64,000 nucleotides of DNA from assembly GCA_023898625.1 (NCBI GenBank), contig CP060231.1:276258-340257 (forward strand). Reading direction: 5' to 3'. Both the position numbers and the translations under genes were made by a program. The DNA is from Candidatus Nomurabacteria bacterium. Its GTDB lineage: Bacteria > Patescibacteriota > Saccharimonadia > Saccharimonadales > JAGQNJ01. This document shows positions 53,750 through 62,155 of the stretch, piece after piece. Under the pieces are notes generated by a model. The model saw only the letters and a program-made list of their open reading frames with translations. It ran no database searches and was not told where the DNA came from. Within the stretch, counting starts at the first letter, position 1; every line of letters begins with the position of its first letter.

Positions 53750-54160
53750 CTATAATTTATTAAGAACAAATTTAACGATAGCTTGCGCCATAGCGACAAC
53801 CACCAATCCAATAATTGCATATAGGATGGTGTTTTTGGCGCCACTAACGTTAGCAGAATCGCCCTGAGATGTTATATATTTAAATCCACCAATTATTATC
53901 ATTATTACCGCTGTGATTCCCACTATCCAAGAAAAAATATTAATAACCGTGGCTATAGTACTGTTTATTTTTCCTTCTGTTGCACTAGAATCAGTAGTAC
54001 AACTACCTCCTGTTAGGGTAACACCCTGGCAAGCCGCTTCCTTCGGATCTAAGGCTCTTACTGAAGCTGTATGCAAGGATACACCCAAAAATGTCATGAC
54101 TAACATCAAAATAAAAATTGTCATTCTTATTCTCATAATCTTATCCTTTCGTTTAATCAT
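53750..54160 (-). CDS. T4SS pilin-like protein, paralog 5
   Basis: Same C-terminal block (GGFKYITSQGDSANVSGAKNTILYAIIGLVVVAMAQAIVKFV). The alternative start at 54136 has an AAAGGA RBS. Confidence 0.7.
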   Translation of the reverse strand: MIKRKDKIMRIRMTIFILMLVMTFLGVSLHTASVRALDPKEAACQGVTLTGGSCTTDSSATEGKINSTIATVINIFSWIVGITAVIMIIIGGFKYITSQGDSANVSGAKNTILYAIIGLVVVAMAQAIVKFVLNKL

Positions 54161-54546
54161 TATAGTCTAGTTATTACAAATGACACTATTGCTTGAGCTA
54201 TCACAACAACCACTAGGCCAATAATTGAGTACAGGATTGTGTCTTTTGCGGAACTAACTTTTCCGGAATCTCCATTCGACACCATATACTTGAAACCACC
54301 CACCATTATCATTATAACGCTGGCAACCCCTGCAATCATAATCATTATTTCTATAACCTTAGTAATTATTCCGTTTGGACCAAGTAGTGGGTTAGTGGTA
54401 GTGTGCGTCTGGCATGCGCTTGAACTGGAGCTACGACCACTGCAAACTCCTGAAAAAGGATCCTCAGCATAGGTTATTCTTGGATAAAAGACAATCAGCC
54501 CGATCAATAACCCTATTACAGTAATTACAAGTGTCAGCCTACTCAT
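54160..54546 (-). CDS. T4SS pilin-like protein, paralog 4
   Basis: GGFKYMVSNGDSGKVSSAKDTILYSIIGLVVVVIAQAIVSFV. Cys pair CSGRSSSSSAC. Confidence 0.7.
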   Translation of the reverse strand: MSRLTLVITVIGLLIGLIVFYPRITYAEDPFSGVCSGRSSSSSACQTHTTTNPLLGPNGIITKVIEIMIMIAGVASVIMIMVGGFKYMVSNGDSGKVSSAKDTILYSIIGLVVVVIAQAIVSFVITRL

Positions 54547-54845
54547 CCGAATACCCTCCCAATCACAAAAGATACAATTACATTTGCTAGAATAGCAACC
54601 ACCAGCCCGATCAAAGCATAAAGTATGGTGTTTTTAGCTTTGGCGGTCTTTTGAGGGTCTCCAGCAGAAAGTATATAGCTTATTCCTGCAATGATAATCA
54701 CGATAACCGCAACCACTCCTGCAATAGTAAATACCAACTGCAACAAGACCTCAATCTGTCCGTTTGTAGCTTCGGACTTAGGAATAACCAATTCGTTTGG
54801 GTTGGCTATACTTTCAGCAATATATTTTAAATACATGTCTATCAT
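54543..54845 (-). CDS. T4SS pilin-like protein, paralog 3 (short)
   Basis: AGISYILSAGDPQKTAKAKNTILYALIGLVVAILANVIVSFV. 4-nt overlaps with both neighbours. Confidence 0.65.
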   Translation of the reverse strand: MIDMYLKYIAESIANPNELVIPKSEATNGQIEVLLQLVFTIAGVVAVIVIIIAGISYILSAGDPQKTAKAKNTILYALIGLVVAILANVIVSFVIGRVFG

Positions 54846-55213
54846 TTTATGCTATTTCCGATAAATGACACTACAGAAGATGCAACAATAGCTACTACTA
54901 AACCAATTAGAGCATTCAATATGGTATCTTTAGCCCCCTTAGTTCGATCTGGCTCCCCATTGCTTGTCATGTATACAAAGCCTCCGTATATAATAAAACC
55001 AACCGACACAAACCCGACAACATAAAGCAGTATATCGATCCCCGCTAGGCCAATTCCCCATAAATCGTTAATCTGGTTGGGATCGAATGTTGGTACGCAT
55101 TTTCCTAAAGCATCAGTTTTACCATCAAGATATTCAAACCAATGCGGAAACCCAAAGAACGAGTTTGCTGAATCCATTGGATTACAGGCAAATATTTTAA
55201 ATAGACCGATCAA
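54842..55213 (-). CDS. T4SS pilin-like protein, paralog 2
   Basis: GGFVYMTSNGEPDRTKGAKDTILNALIGLVVAIVASSVVSFI. Confidence 0.65.
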   Translation of the reverse strand: MIGLFKIFACNPMDSANSFFGFPHWFEYLDGKTDALGKCVPTFDPNQINDLWGIGLAGIDILLYVVGFVSVGFIIYGGFVYMTSNGEPDRTKGAKDTILNALIGLVVAIVASSVVSFIGNSIK

Positions 55214-55908
55214 AATGCACCCCCTGGTATCAGGTATTGAATAAACGCATAAAGGAAGAAATATGCTACTAAAGCAATTATAGCATTAGTAATTTTTCCT
55301 TTGGCGGCCTGCACAGCCTGTGGATTTTGACCTGCAGATGCATACTGAATCCCACCAACAATAATCATAATCGTTACTACAACACCAACGCCAATGGATA
55401 GAAAATTCATCGCCATTTTCGTGTATTTAACAAGTGGGTTATCCTTTATACATGACGGGGAGTCACAGTTCACGATCTTGTCACGATCTTTATCGGTATA
55501 TACTGACGTTGTATCAAAGTTAGTATTATCATCGTTATTCTTGGCGGAGTTAGTATTGTTTTTAGATGCAACTGCGTTTTCTTGAACAACTTGAGACATA
55601 GGCTTGGCATTAATATATTCATTAATCTCACAGTTAACTTCGTTACCCTTCTTGGTGGCATCGGATCCCCAGGCATAACATTTAGTATTGCTTTCTAAGG
55701 GATTCGGCAGACCTTTCATATTAAAACCCATGTTCTTTAAGTTCTGATAATCACAACTATCTAGCTTAACGATCTGGTTTCCCTCACTAATTCGCACAAA
55801 ACAACCACTCACAGCACTTACGGTTGCTTTAGTCGCCACAAAACATCCCAAAATAGCGATAATATAAACTAGTGTAGCGCCCAATCTTTTATTAAGTAGT
55901 TTGCCCAT
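55210..55908 (-). CDS. T4SS pilin-like protein, paralog 1, with extended Cys-containing N-terminal domain
   Basis: Signal peptide and a ~150-aa Cys-containing domain. C-terminal block GGIQYASAGQNPQAVQAAKGKITNAIIALVAYF. Confidence 0.6.
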   Translation of the reverse strand: MGKLLNKRLGATLVYIIAILGCFVATKATVSAVSGCFVRISEGNQIVKLDSCDYQNLKNMGFNMKGLPNPLESNTKCYAWGSDATKKGNEVNCEINEYINAKPMSQVVQENAVASKNNTNSAKNNDDNTNFDTTSVYTDKDRDKIVNCDSPSCIKDNPLVKYTKMAMNFLSIGVGVVVTIMIIVGGIQYASAGQNPQAVQAAKGKITNAIIALVAYFFLYAFIQYLIPGGAF

Positions 55909-55914
55909 GATAAA

Positions 55915-56394
55915 TTATGCCTCTATCCTGATAGCTTCTATTTTATCACTGTTTATTATCTCTAGGTTTACACTATTACCATCTCTTGTTTGGCAATTAT
56001 AATAATGGCTCGTCTTGCTTTGTTCGCCCTGTTTCGTCTCTGTTTCTTTGCAAGTAGCAAAATCAATACTACCTCTTAAGCGCAGTAATGCACCTACGGC
56101 CATTGTCTGGTTTGATTGCAGATCATCAGACAATAGTTCCCTAGCTTTCGCCAGATTAACCTCATCCACTGTCGACATTGCTTGAAGAAACTGCACATTG
56201 GCAGATGCATTCGGATCAATGTTAGCCACTTTTTGTTGCTTGTTGTTTCCAAAGATAACTCCAAATGCTGTGATAATCAACAGAAGAATCAACATAATGC
56301 CCAAGATTTTCACCTTCGTAGAAACCCTGTTCTTTACCGGTACGCTAGGTTGCTGATTTATGAAATCAAAATTCAAATCTGTTTTTTGAGCCAT
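55915..56394 (-). CDS. hypothetical single-pass membrane protein, first gene of the pilin operon
   Basis: 159 aa. TM (ILGIMLILLLIITAFGVIF). Confidence 0.5.
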   Translation of the reverse strand: MAQKTDLNFDFINQQPSVPVKNRVSTKVKILGIMLILLLIITAFGVIFGNNKQQKVANIDPNASANVQFLQAMSTVDEVNLAKARELLSDDLQSNQTMAVGALLRLRGSIDFATCKETETKQGEQSKTSHYYNCQTRDGNSVNLEIINSDKIEAIRIEA

Positions 56395-56486
56395 CTTCGT
56401 ATATTATACAAAAAATATGGTTTATTACATTACTAATAAATCACCAGTAATGATATATTGTAACTACAGATTCAAGAATAAATACC

Positions 56487-57347
56487 ATGAAAACACCAGC
56501 ATACATAATAAGAAAGAATATATTCGTCGCGGTTTTATGTTCTTTAGTGAGCGCTTCTGTACTATCAATATTATTTCAACCAGTTACCATTTATGCTGCC
56601 GATATAGAATTCGAAAAGTCGGTTGAATACAAGATTATTGAGGATTGCTCCAAAACAAACGACCCACAATGCATTTACAAACATTGGGGAGGAAACACAA
56701 ATATGATACAGGCAGGAAATGAATGTCAATACAAAAAAGAACCCCAAAGATGCAGAGATAGCAAATTGCTTGCGTTAGAAATTAATGCAAAGTACCGCCC
56801 CAAACAAAACACAAATCCAGAATCTGAACAAGAAGATCAAAGCAACCCTATTGAAAATTCCTATCCAAACACCAAGTGCTTTACGGCACTTGGAGGGGTT
56901 TTGCAAGAAAAGCTTTGCCCTAAAGATGCCACATACCCAAATGGAAACCCCCCAGAGACAAATAAGTGTTATGGATCACAGGTAACTGAAGATAATAATA
57001 GGCCTTTGTATGAAGAAGTTGATTGTGATAAAAGTAAATTTTCTGTTGGTGCGTATGGTGAAGAAAAGAAAGAAGATGAAAGTAATCCTTCAGAATGCCA
57101 ACAACGCATGAAACTAAGTGCTGGCTGGATTGTGTGTAGTGGGTTAGAGTTACTTTCTAGTGGCATGGATACTTTGTTTGGCTATATAGATAGTTTGTTG
57201 AATGTTAACGTAATAAAACTGAATGCTTCTGATGATCAGGGGTTATATAAGTCTTGGTCATATTTTAGGGGTATAGCTACGTTTATGTTGTTTGCTGTAG
57301 GTTTAGTTATGATTATTGGTCAGGCTGTTGGGGGAGGGAAGAATTAA
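56487..57347 (+). CDS. Cys-rich secreted protein with C-terminal membrane-anchor module (T4SS-associated)
   Basis: Signal peptide and many Cys residues. The C-terminal 78 aa are identical to those of the next gene. Confidence 0.6.
   Translation: MKTPAYIIRKNIFVAVLCSLVSASVLSILFQPVTIYAADIEFEKSVEYKIIEDCSKTNDPQCIYKHWGGNTNMIQAGNECQYKKEPQRCRDSKLLALEINAKYRPKQNTNPESEQEDQSNPIENSYPNTKCFTALGGVLQEKLCPKDATYPNGNPPETNKCYGSQVTEDNNRPLYEEVDCDKSKFSVGAYGEEKKEDESNPSECQQRMKLSAGWIVCSGLELLSSGMDTLFGYIDSLLNVNVIKLNASDDQGLYKSWSYFRGIATFMLFAVGLVMIIGQAVGGGKN
57108..57341 (+). repeat. 234-bp direct repeat, copy 1 (pairs with 58321-58554)
   Basis: Hand alignment gives 5 mismatches in 234 nt. All are transitions and all are synonymous. 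Confidence 0.9.
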
Positions 57348-57411
57348 TATATATTGCTATTAAGGTAAGCTATAAACTATAATGAACAATGTTAACTAAA
57401 CTGCTAAAGCT

Positions 57412-58557
57412 TTGAATAAAACTATATCTTTACTTTTTTTAATTCTTTTTTCAATGTCAATGACATTTGGGTTTATATCACCGTATGTTATAAGTAGTGT
57501 CCGTGCTCAAGAAGCCACACTAACTGATACTCTATCAAGAGAAGCGAGGCTTTATACCGTTACTAACGCATTGGTCGCATGTTTTCAGGGTCAAACGGGC
57601 GAGGGATTAAGTTCCGAAACTACCACAAATAACCTAAGTTCGGAATTACCAGTCTTTATTAATCAAAAGGTATTTGTTGGACATCATGTTAAGCCAAGTG
57701 ACGGCAACGCAAATTGCAATGACGCTTCCTGGGTGTCAAGCGCCGTGAACATGGTAGGGTTTTCTAGTAATACAGCCTTTATGAATCTCTTTTATGAAAA
57801 AAATAGCGGAAACTTTTGGCAACTTAAAGTCCCGGTTGCATCTGGAGAGGTCAATGTCATTAACCAGTTTTTAAATAAATCAATCGAAGGTGGCAACACA
57901 ACTGTGACATGTACGCCTAAGAATGGATGTACAGTCAGCATATCAGATGCCGCAAAATATGTACTTTATCTAGAAAACCTCAAAAAGGGTTGTGGCGCAA
58001 CCGAAGTCAATAATGAAGACGATATTAATAGTATTGATGAAGACAAAAAGGCGGTCATTAAAGTTCCTAACGCTAATGCTATCCTGGAAGAAAAAGTCTA
58101 TAAAATGGATAAAGGTAAGGGGAAGTTTATAGATGTTGGTCAAGGTCTTGCACAAGACGGAAACTTATCGTGCGGAACATTAATTGACAAGATAAACCAG
58201 TATGCATCTGGCTTTAATGATAGACTGGTGCAAGCTAAAAACAACAATCAAGACATCGGAGACCTTTCTTCACTAACAAGCACTGGCTCTGGTGAAAATG
58301 AAGAAAGTTGTGAAGAGCGTATGAAACTAAGTGCTGGCTGGATTGTATGTAGTGGGTTAGAGTTACTTTCTAGTGGCATGGATACTTTGTTTGGCTATAT
58401 AGATAGTTTGTTGAATGTTAACGTAATAAAACTGAATGCTTCTGATGATCAGGGATTATACAAGTCTTGGTCATATTTTAGAGGTATAGCTACATTTATG
58501 TTGTTTGCTGTAGGTTTAGTTATGATTATTGGTCAGGCTGTTGGGGGAGGGAAGTAA
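57412..58557 (+). CDS. secreted protein with the same C-terminal membrane-anchor module (T4SS-associated)
   Basis: TTG start and a signal peptide. The N-terminal ~300 aa are unrelated to the previous gene; the C-terminal 78 aa are identical. Confidence 0.6.
   Translation: MNKTISLLFLILFSMSMTFGFISPYVISSVRAQEATLTDTLSREARLYTVTNALVACFQGQTGEGLSSETTTNNLSSELPVFINQKVFVGHHVKPSDGNANCNDASWVSSAVNMVGFSSNTAFMNLFYEKNSGNFWQLKVPVASGEVNVINQFLNKSIEGGNTTVTCTPKNGCTVSISDAAKYVLYLENLKKGCGATEVNNEDDINSIDEDKKAVIKVPNANAILEEKVYKMDKGKGKFIDVGQGLAQDGNLSCGTLIDKINQYASGFNDRLVQAKNNNQDIGDLSSLTSTGSGENEESCEERMKLSAGWIVCSGLELLSSGMDTLFGYIDSLLNVNVIKLNASDDQGLYKSWSYFRGIATFMLFAVGLVMIIGQAVGGGK
58321..58554 (+). repeat. 234-bp direct repeat, copy 2
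   Basis: See copy 1. Confidence 0.9.
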
Positions 58558-60278
58558 TGTTTGATGCCTATACTATCAAAAAAGTATTGCCAAGATTGGT
58601 TATAGCCGTGATCTTAATTCAATTATCTTGGCCACTAATAACCACCTTGATAAATGTTATTAATCAAGTATCTTGGGGTTTAGAAGGACTCATGTATTTG
58701 CCTTTTGGAGGTAGAGATGCGTTAGATATAGGAGTAACTCTTGAGAAGGCTGGTGGAGGTGGTACCTTTGCTGGATTATTACTAGGTGGTGGGGCATATC
58801 TTTTGGCGGGTGCGCCTGGAGCTCTGGCTTTAGCCGTTGGTATTTTAGTAGCTTTAGTTGTTGCGTTCTTTACTTTAGCTATTAGACAAATTATTATTAT
58901 TGCCCTGGTATTGACAGCTCCGTTGGCACTTGTGGCATGGATATTACCCAACACAGAAGGATTCTTTAAGTTTTGGTGGAGCACGCTCAGCAAGGCTCTA
59001 CTAATGTATCCAATTATTTTACTACTTGTAGCGGCAGGTAGAATTGGCGCGCACCTAGTTGTGGCGACTGATCTGCCCTCGGGCGTACAAACTATCTTGG
59101 CAATCATTATATTCTTTGCACCATTATTCTTAATATCTAAGACTTTCCAATACGCTGGTGGGGCGATTGGAGCTGTTGCCAACGTTGTTGGCTCTAAGGG
59201 TTCAAAAATTACCGGTTGGGCAGGCAAACGCTCTACGGCCAAGCAAGGACAAAAATGGGGTGCTCGTAAAGAAAAATTCCAGTCAGGTGGCTATGGGTCT
59301 GATAAAAATATGTTTACTCGTGGCTTAAGAAGGGCTGGGCAAATGTCTGGGCAGTCAGTTTGGACTGGTTATGGCATGACAGGGAAAGGTAAACAAAGGA
59401 TGGCTCTTGCCTCCAGCGCATCTGCTAACGAACTTCTCAAGGATGGAAAGTTTGTTGAAGCTACCTACGATGATGATGCCAGACTTGCGCTTCAGCTTGG
59501 TAGCGAAAAAGCTGCACGAGCCACACTTCTCGCAAACGCAGAAAGAAAAGCTCGAAGCGAAGGAAGAAGTGTCCGAGCAGACGAACTAGCTAAAATTGAT
59601 AAAAGTATTAATGCAGCAAAGGCTGTTGGATTCAATTCCCACACTCAGCTTGCTGCCCTAAAAGCCGAGGCATCGAACAAAGGCCGAAACTACAAAGGTT
59701 TGGCTGGGATCGATGAGCTTAATAGCAGAATTGATGCAGTGGCGGCAGCTACTGGCGTTAATGCAGAAGACTTGCGGAGCGAAGTTACATATGGCATGCG
59801 TACCCAAGGTGGGAGATTTGATCTTGGTGCACTTGACTCAAGCAAGTCAGCATCCGAACAAGCAATTGCAGGATGGAACAAAGGTTCTCTCTATCAACAC
59901 GCTGGCTCACAAGCCAACTCCTTTGATACTATACATGAAGCGTTTCTCGATCGTGGTGACGATGATGCTCTTGCAGTATTTCACGAAGAATCACAGGCCA
60001 TTCTACCAAACGCAACCGGAGATGTAGCTGGAAAAATCGAAGAGGTCGTGGGAGATGGCAGTAGCACACATCACCGTGTTGAAGCACACTATGAAGCAGG
60101 ACCCAAAAAGGATGTACATCCAAAGATGCAAGAGACAACAACCAATCCAACAACTGGCGCTCAAGAAACTAGGGTGGTTGAAGATCCTACAAGAACAGTT
60201 ACAGTACGAGAAAAAGAAGCAGAAGCCAAACAAAATGCAAGAACATACAAGTCTCAAAACCCTAATGAAATGGAGTAG
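58557..60278 (+). CDS. VirB6/TrbL-like polytopic T4SS membrane protein
   Basis: About 6-7 TM segments in the N-terminal 230 aa, then a long hydrophilic C-terminal tail. Position within the T4SS operon supports the call. Confidence 0.55.
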   Translation: MFDAYTIKKVLPRLVIAVILIQLSWPLITTLINVINQVSWGLEGLMYLPFGGRDALDIGVTLEKAGGGGTFAGLLLGGGAYLLAGAPGALALAVGILVALVVAFFTLAIRQIIIIALVLTAPLALVAWILPNTEGFFKFWWSTLSKALLMYPIILLLVAAGRIGAHLVVATDLPSGVQTILAIIIFFAPLFLISKTFQYAGGAIGAVANVVGSKGSKITGWAGKRSTAKQGQKWGARKEKFQSGGYGSDKNMFTRGLRRAGQMSGQSVWTGYGMTGKGKQRMALASSASANELLKDGKFVEATYDDDARLALQLGSEKAARATLLANAERKARSEGRSVRADELAKIDKSINAAKAVGFNSHTQLAALKAEASNKGRNYKGLAGIDELNSRIDAVAAATGVNAEDLRSEVTYGMRTQGGRFDLGALDSSKSASEQAIAGWNKGSLYQHAGSQANSFDTIHEAFLDRGDDDALAVFHEESQAILPNATGDVAGKIEEVVGDGSSTHHRVEAHYEAGPKKDVHPKMQETTTNPTTGAQETRVVEDPTRTVTVREKEAEAKQNARTYKSQNPNEME

Positions 60279-60286
60279 GTTAATAA

Positions 60287-61243
60287 ATGGCGCAGTATAA
60301 AGTAATTCAAGATATCGAATCAGAAGACAAGCTACTTGGTCCGTTAAGCTTGCGACAATTTATCTACGCGGCGATCACTATCGCTCTGGGTTTTGTAGCT
60401 TTTAAGTTATTTATTAGTAGTGCTTGGTTTTTAGGCATAGTTTTTGTTCCGCCAGCACTATTTTTTGGCTTGTTAGCAGCGCCACTAGGTGGGCAACAAT
60501 CTTCTGAAATTTGGTTGCTAGCCAAAATACGTTTTTTTATTATGCCACGCAAACGAATTTGGGATCAATCTGGTATTCAGCAATTAGTCACCATAACAGC
60601 CCCTAAAAAGGTCGAAAAACAACTTACTAAAGGTTACAGTCAAGATGAGGTCAAGAGTCGCTTAAGAACACTGTCAGCCACCTTAGATACTAGAGGTTGG
60701 GCAGTAAAAAATGCCACCAATATGTATGCTGTTGGACAGAACCAATCTAGTGACAGACTTTTTGAGATAGACACGCAGGATATTCCGTCAATCAGCACAG
60801 AGCCAACTGCCGATATGCTAGACCCCACCACCAGCCCCAGAGCTCAAGCTATGGATCAGATGATTAACAAATCCGCCCAGGAGCACAAGCAACAAATAGA
60901 AGAAAACCTTAAAAAATATTCTCAAAAGCTGTCTAACCAAACCAGGGTTGCGCCACCATCAGAACAACAAGAGCAAGATCTTCTCAAGAAAATTCATGCT
61001 CAGCAATCACAGCCTAGTGAATTTAATAGTCGTTTAAAAACCATTAACCCGATCGGGGACCAACAAACTCAAATCACAAAAACTCAAAGTCCTGTCCATT
61101 CACCAGTGACACCAACGACCGACCCTGCTATACTAAATCTTGTCGAGAATAGCGAAGGACTTTCTGTTAGAACTATTGCACACGAGGCTGAACGCCTCAA
61201 GAAGCGCGATGATGACGATGAGGTTGTTATTTCGCTTCATTAG
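60287..61243 (+). CDS. PrgI/VirB3-like T4SS membrane protein
   Basis: The N-terminal pattern Y.V..DIE.EDKLLGPLSLRQFIY followed by two TMs is typical of the PrgI family. Q-rich C-terminal extension. Confidence 0.55.
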   Translation: MAQYKVIQDIESEDKLLGPLSLRQFIYAAITIALGFVAFKLFISSAWFLGIVFVPPALFFGLLAAPLGGQQSSEIWLLAKIRFFIMPRKRIWDQSGIQQLVTITAPKKVEKQLTKGYSQDEVKSRLRTLSATLDTRGWAVKNATNMYAVGQNQSSDRLFEIDTQDIPSISTEPTADMLDPTTSPRAQAMDQMINKSAQEHKQQIEENLKKYSQKLSNQTRVAPPSEQQEQDLLKKIHAQQSQPSEFNSRLKTINPIGDQQTQITKTQSPVHSPVTPTTDPAILNLVENSEGLSVRTIAHEAERLKKRDDDDEVVISLH

Positions 61244-61279
61244 TTTGACGATAGTCATCGCTGGTGGGCAAAACAACAC

Positions 61280-62155
61280 ATGAATCCAGATCAGAATCAA
61301 CCACAATACCCCATACAAACTCCAGCCAGTCCTGGCGCTCAAGCATACCCCCAACCAGGGATGGTATCGCCCCTCAACAATCAGCAAAATACCCCACCCA
61401 ACCAACAAACCTTTGCTAACACCAAAACCAACCCTAATAGCACCCAGAATACTCTACAGTTTGCTGAAATTCGTGATGGAATAGTAATCATGAACGATGG
61501 TTCATTCCGTTCAGTTATCATGCTAAAATCTATTAACTTTGATTTAATGAGCCCCCAGGAAAGAGAAGCAGTCGAGGCTGCCTATCAAAACTTCTTGAAC
61601 TCGTTATACTTTGATGTTCAAATATTTATCCGCTCTGAGCGAATCGATATTCGTCCTTATATTGAAAGATTAGACAAAATTAGGAGCGAGCACGACAACA
61701 TGCTTCTAGCCATGTTAATGGAAGATTATATTGGGTTTATTACAGAAGTATCGATGCAGACTAATATTATGGACAAACGATTTTACTTAGTTATTCCATT
61801 TTATGCTAAAGCTGATGTTAAGAAAGCAATTACTCAGAGTAAAAACTTCTTTACTGGATTAACTAATCTGTTCAACAATAAAGAACAGCATGTCGTGGTG
61901 AATGAAGCAGATCTAGGAGCGGCCAAAAGCGAGTTAAGAAATCGCATTCAAGCAGTATTGGCTAGTTTGCAACAATGTGGTGTGCAGGGTGTTCCCTTAG
62001 ATACTCAAGAATTAATCGAACTGTATTACGATACTTACAACCCTGACACTGCAACACGTCAACAGTTAAAGAATTTTGATGATTTAGCCGTACCAGTCGT
62101 AACTAAGGGCGAGGGTCACGCCCCTCAACCTAATTTAGATAAGGAGCTTAGATAA
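61280..62155 (+). CDS. hypothetical protein resembling a VirB4 N-terminal domain (no ATPase domain)
   Basis: After a P/Q-rich N-terminus, the segment LQFAEIRDGIVIMNDGSFRSVIMLKSINFDLMSPQERE resembles the start of Gram-positive VirB4-like proteins. Confidence 0.35.
   Translation: MNPDQNQPQYPIQTPASPGAQAYPQPGMVSPLNNQQNTPPNQQTFANTKTNPNSTQNTLQFAEIRDGIVIMNDGSFRSVIMLKSINFDLMSPQEREAVEAAYQNFLNSLYFDVQIFIRSERIDIRPYIERLDKIRSEHDNMLLAMLMEDYIGFITEVSMQTNIMDKRFYLVIPFYAKADVKKAITQSKNFFTGLTNLFNNKEQHVVVNEADLGAAKSELRNRIQAVLASLQQCGVQGVPLDTQELIELYYDTYNPDTATRQQLKNFDDLAVPVVTKGEGHAPQPNLDKELR

Noticed and set aside
57108-58554. The 234-bp repeat pair considered as a DGR template/variable repeat, since four of five differences are A in copy 2 against G in copy 1.
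   Set aside because: All five differences are synonymous transitions. There is no reverse transcriptase in the window. The region encodes a TM anchor rather than a variable ligand-binding fold. Ordinary divergence or gene conversion explains it.
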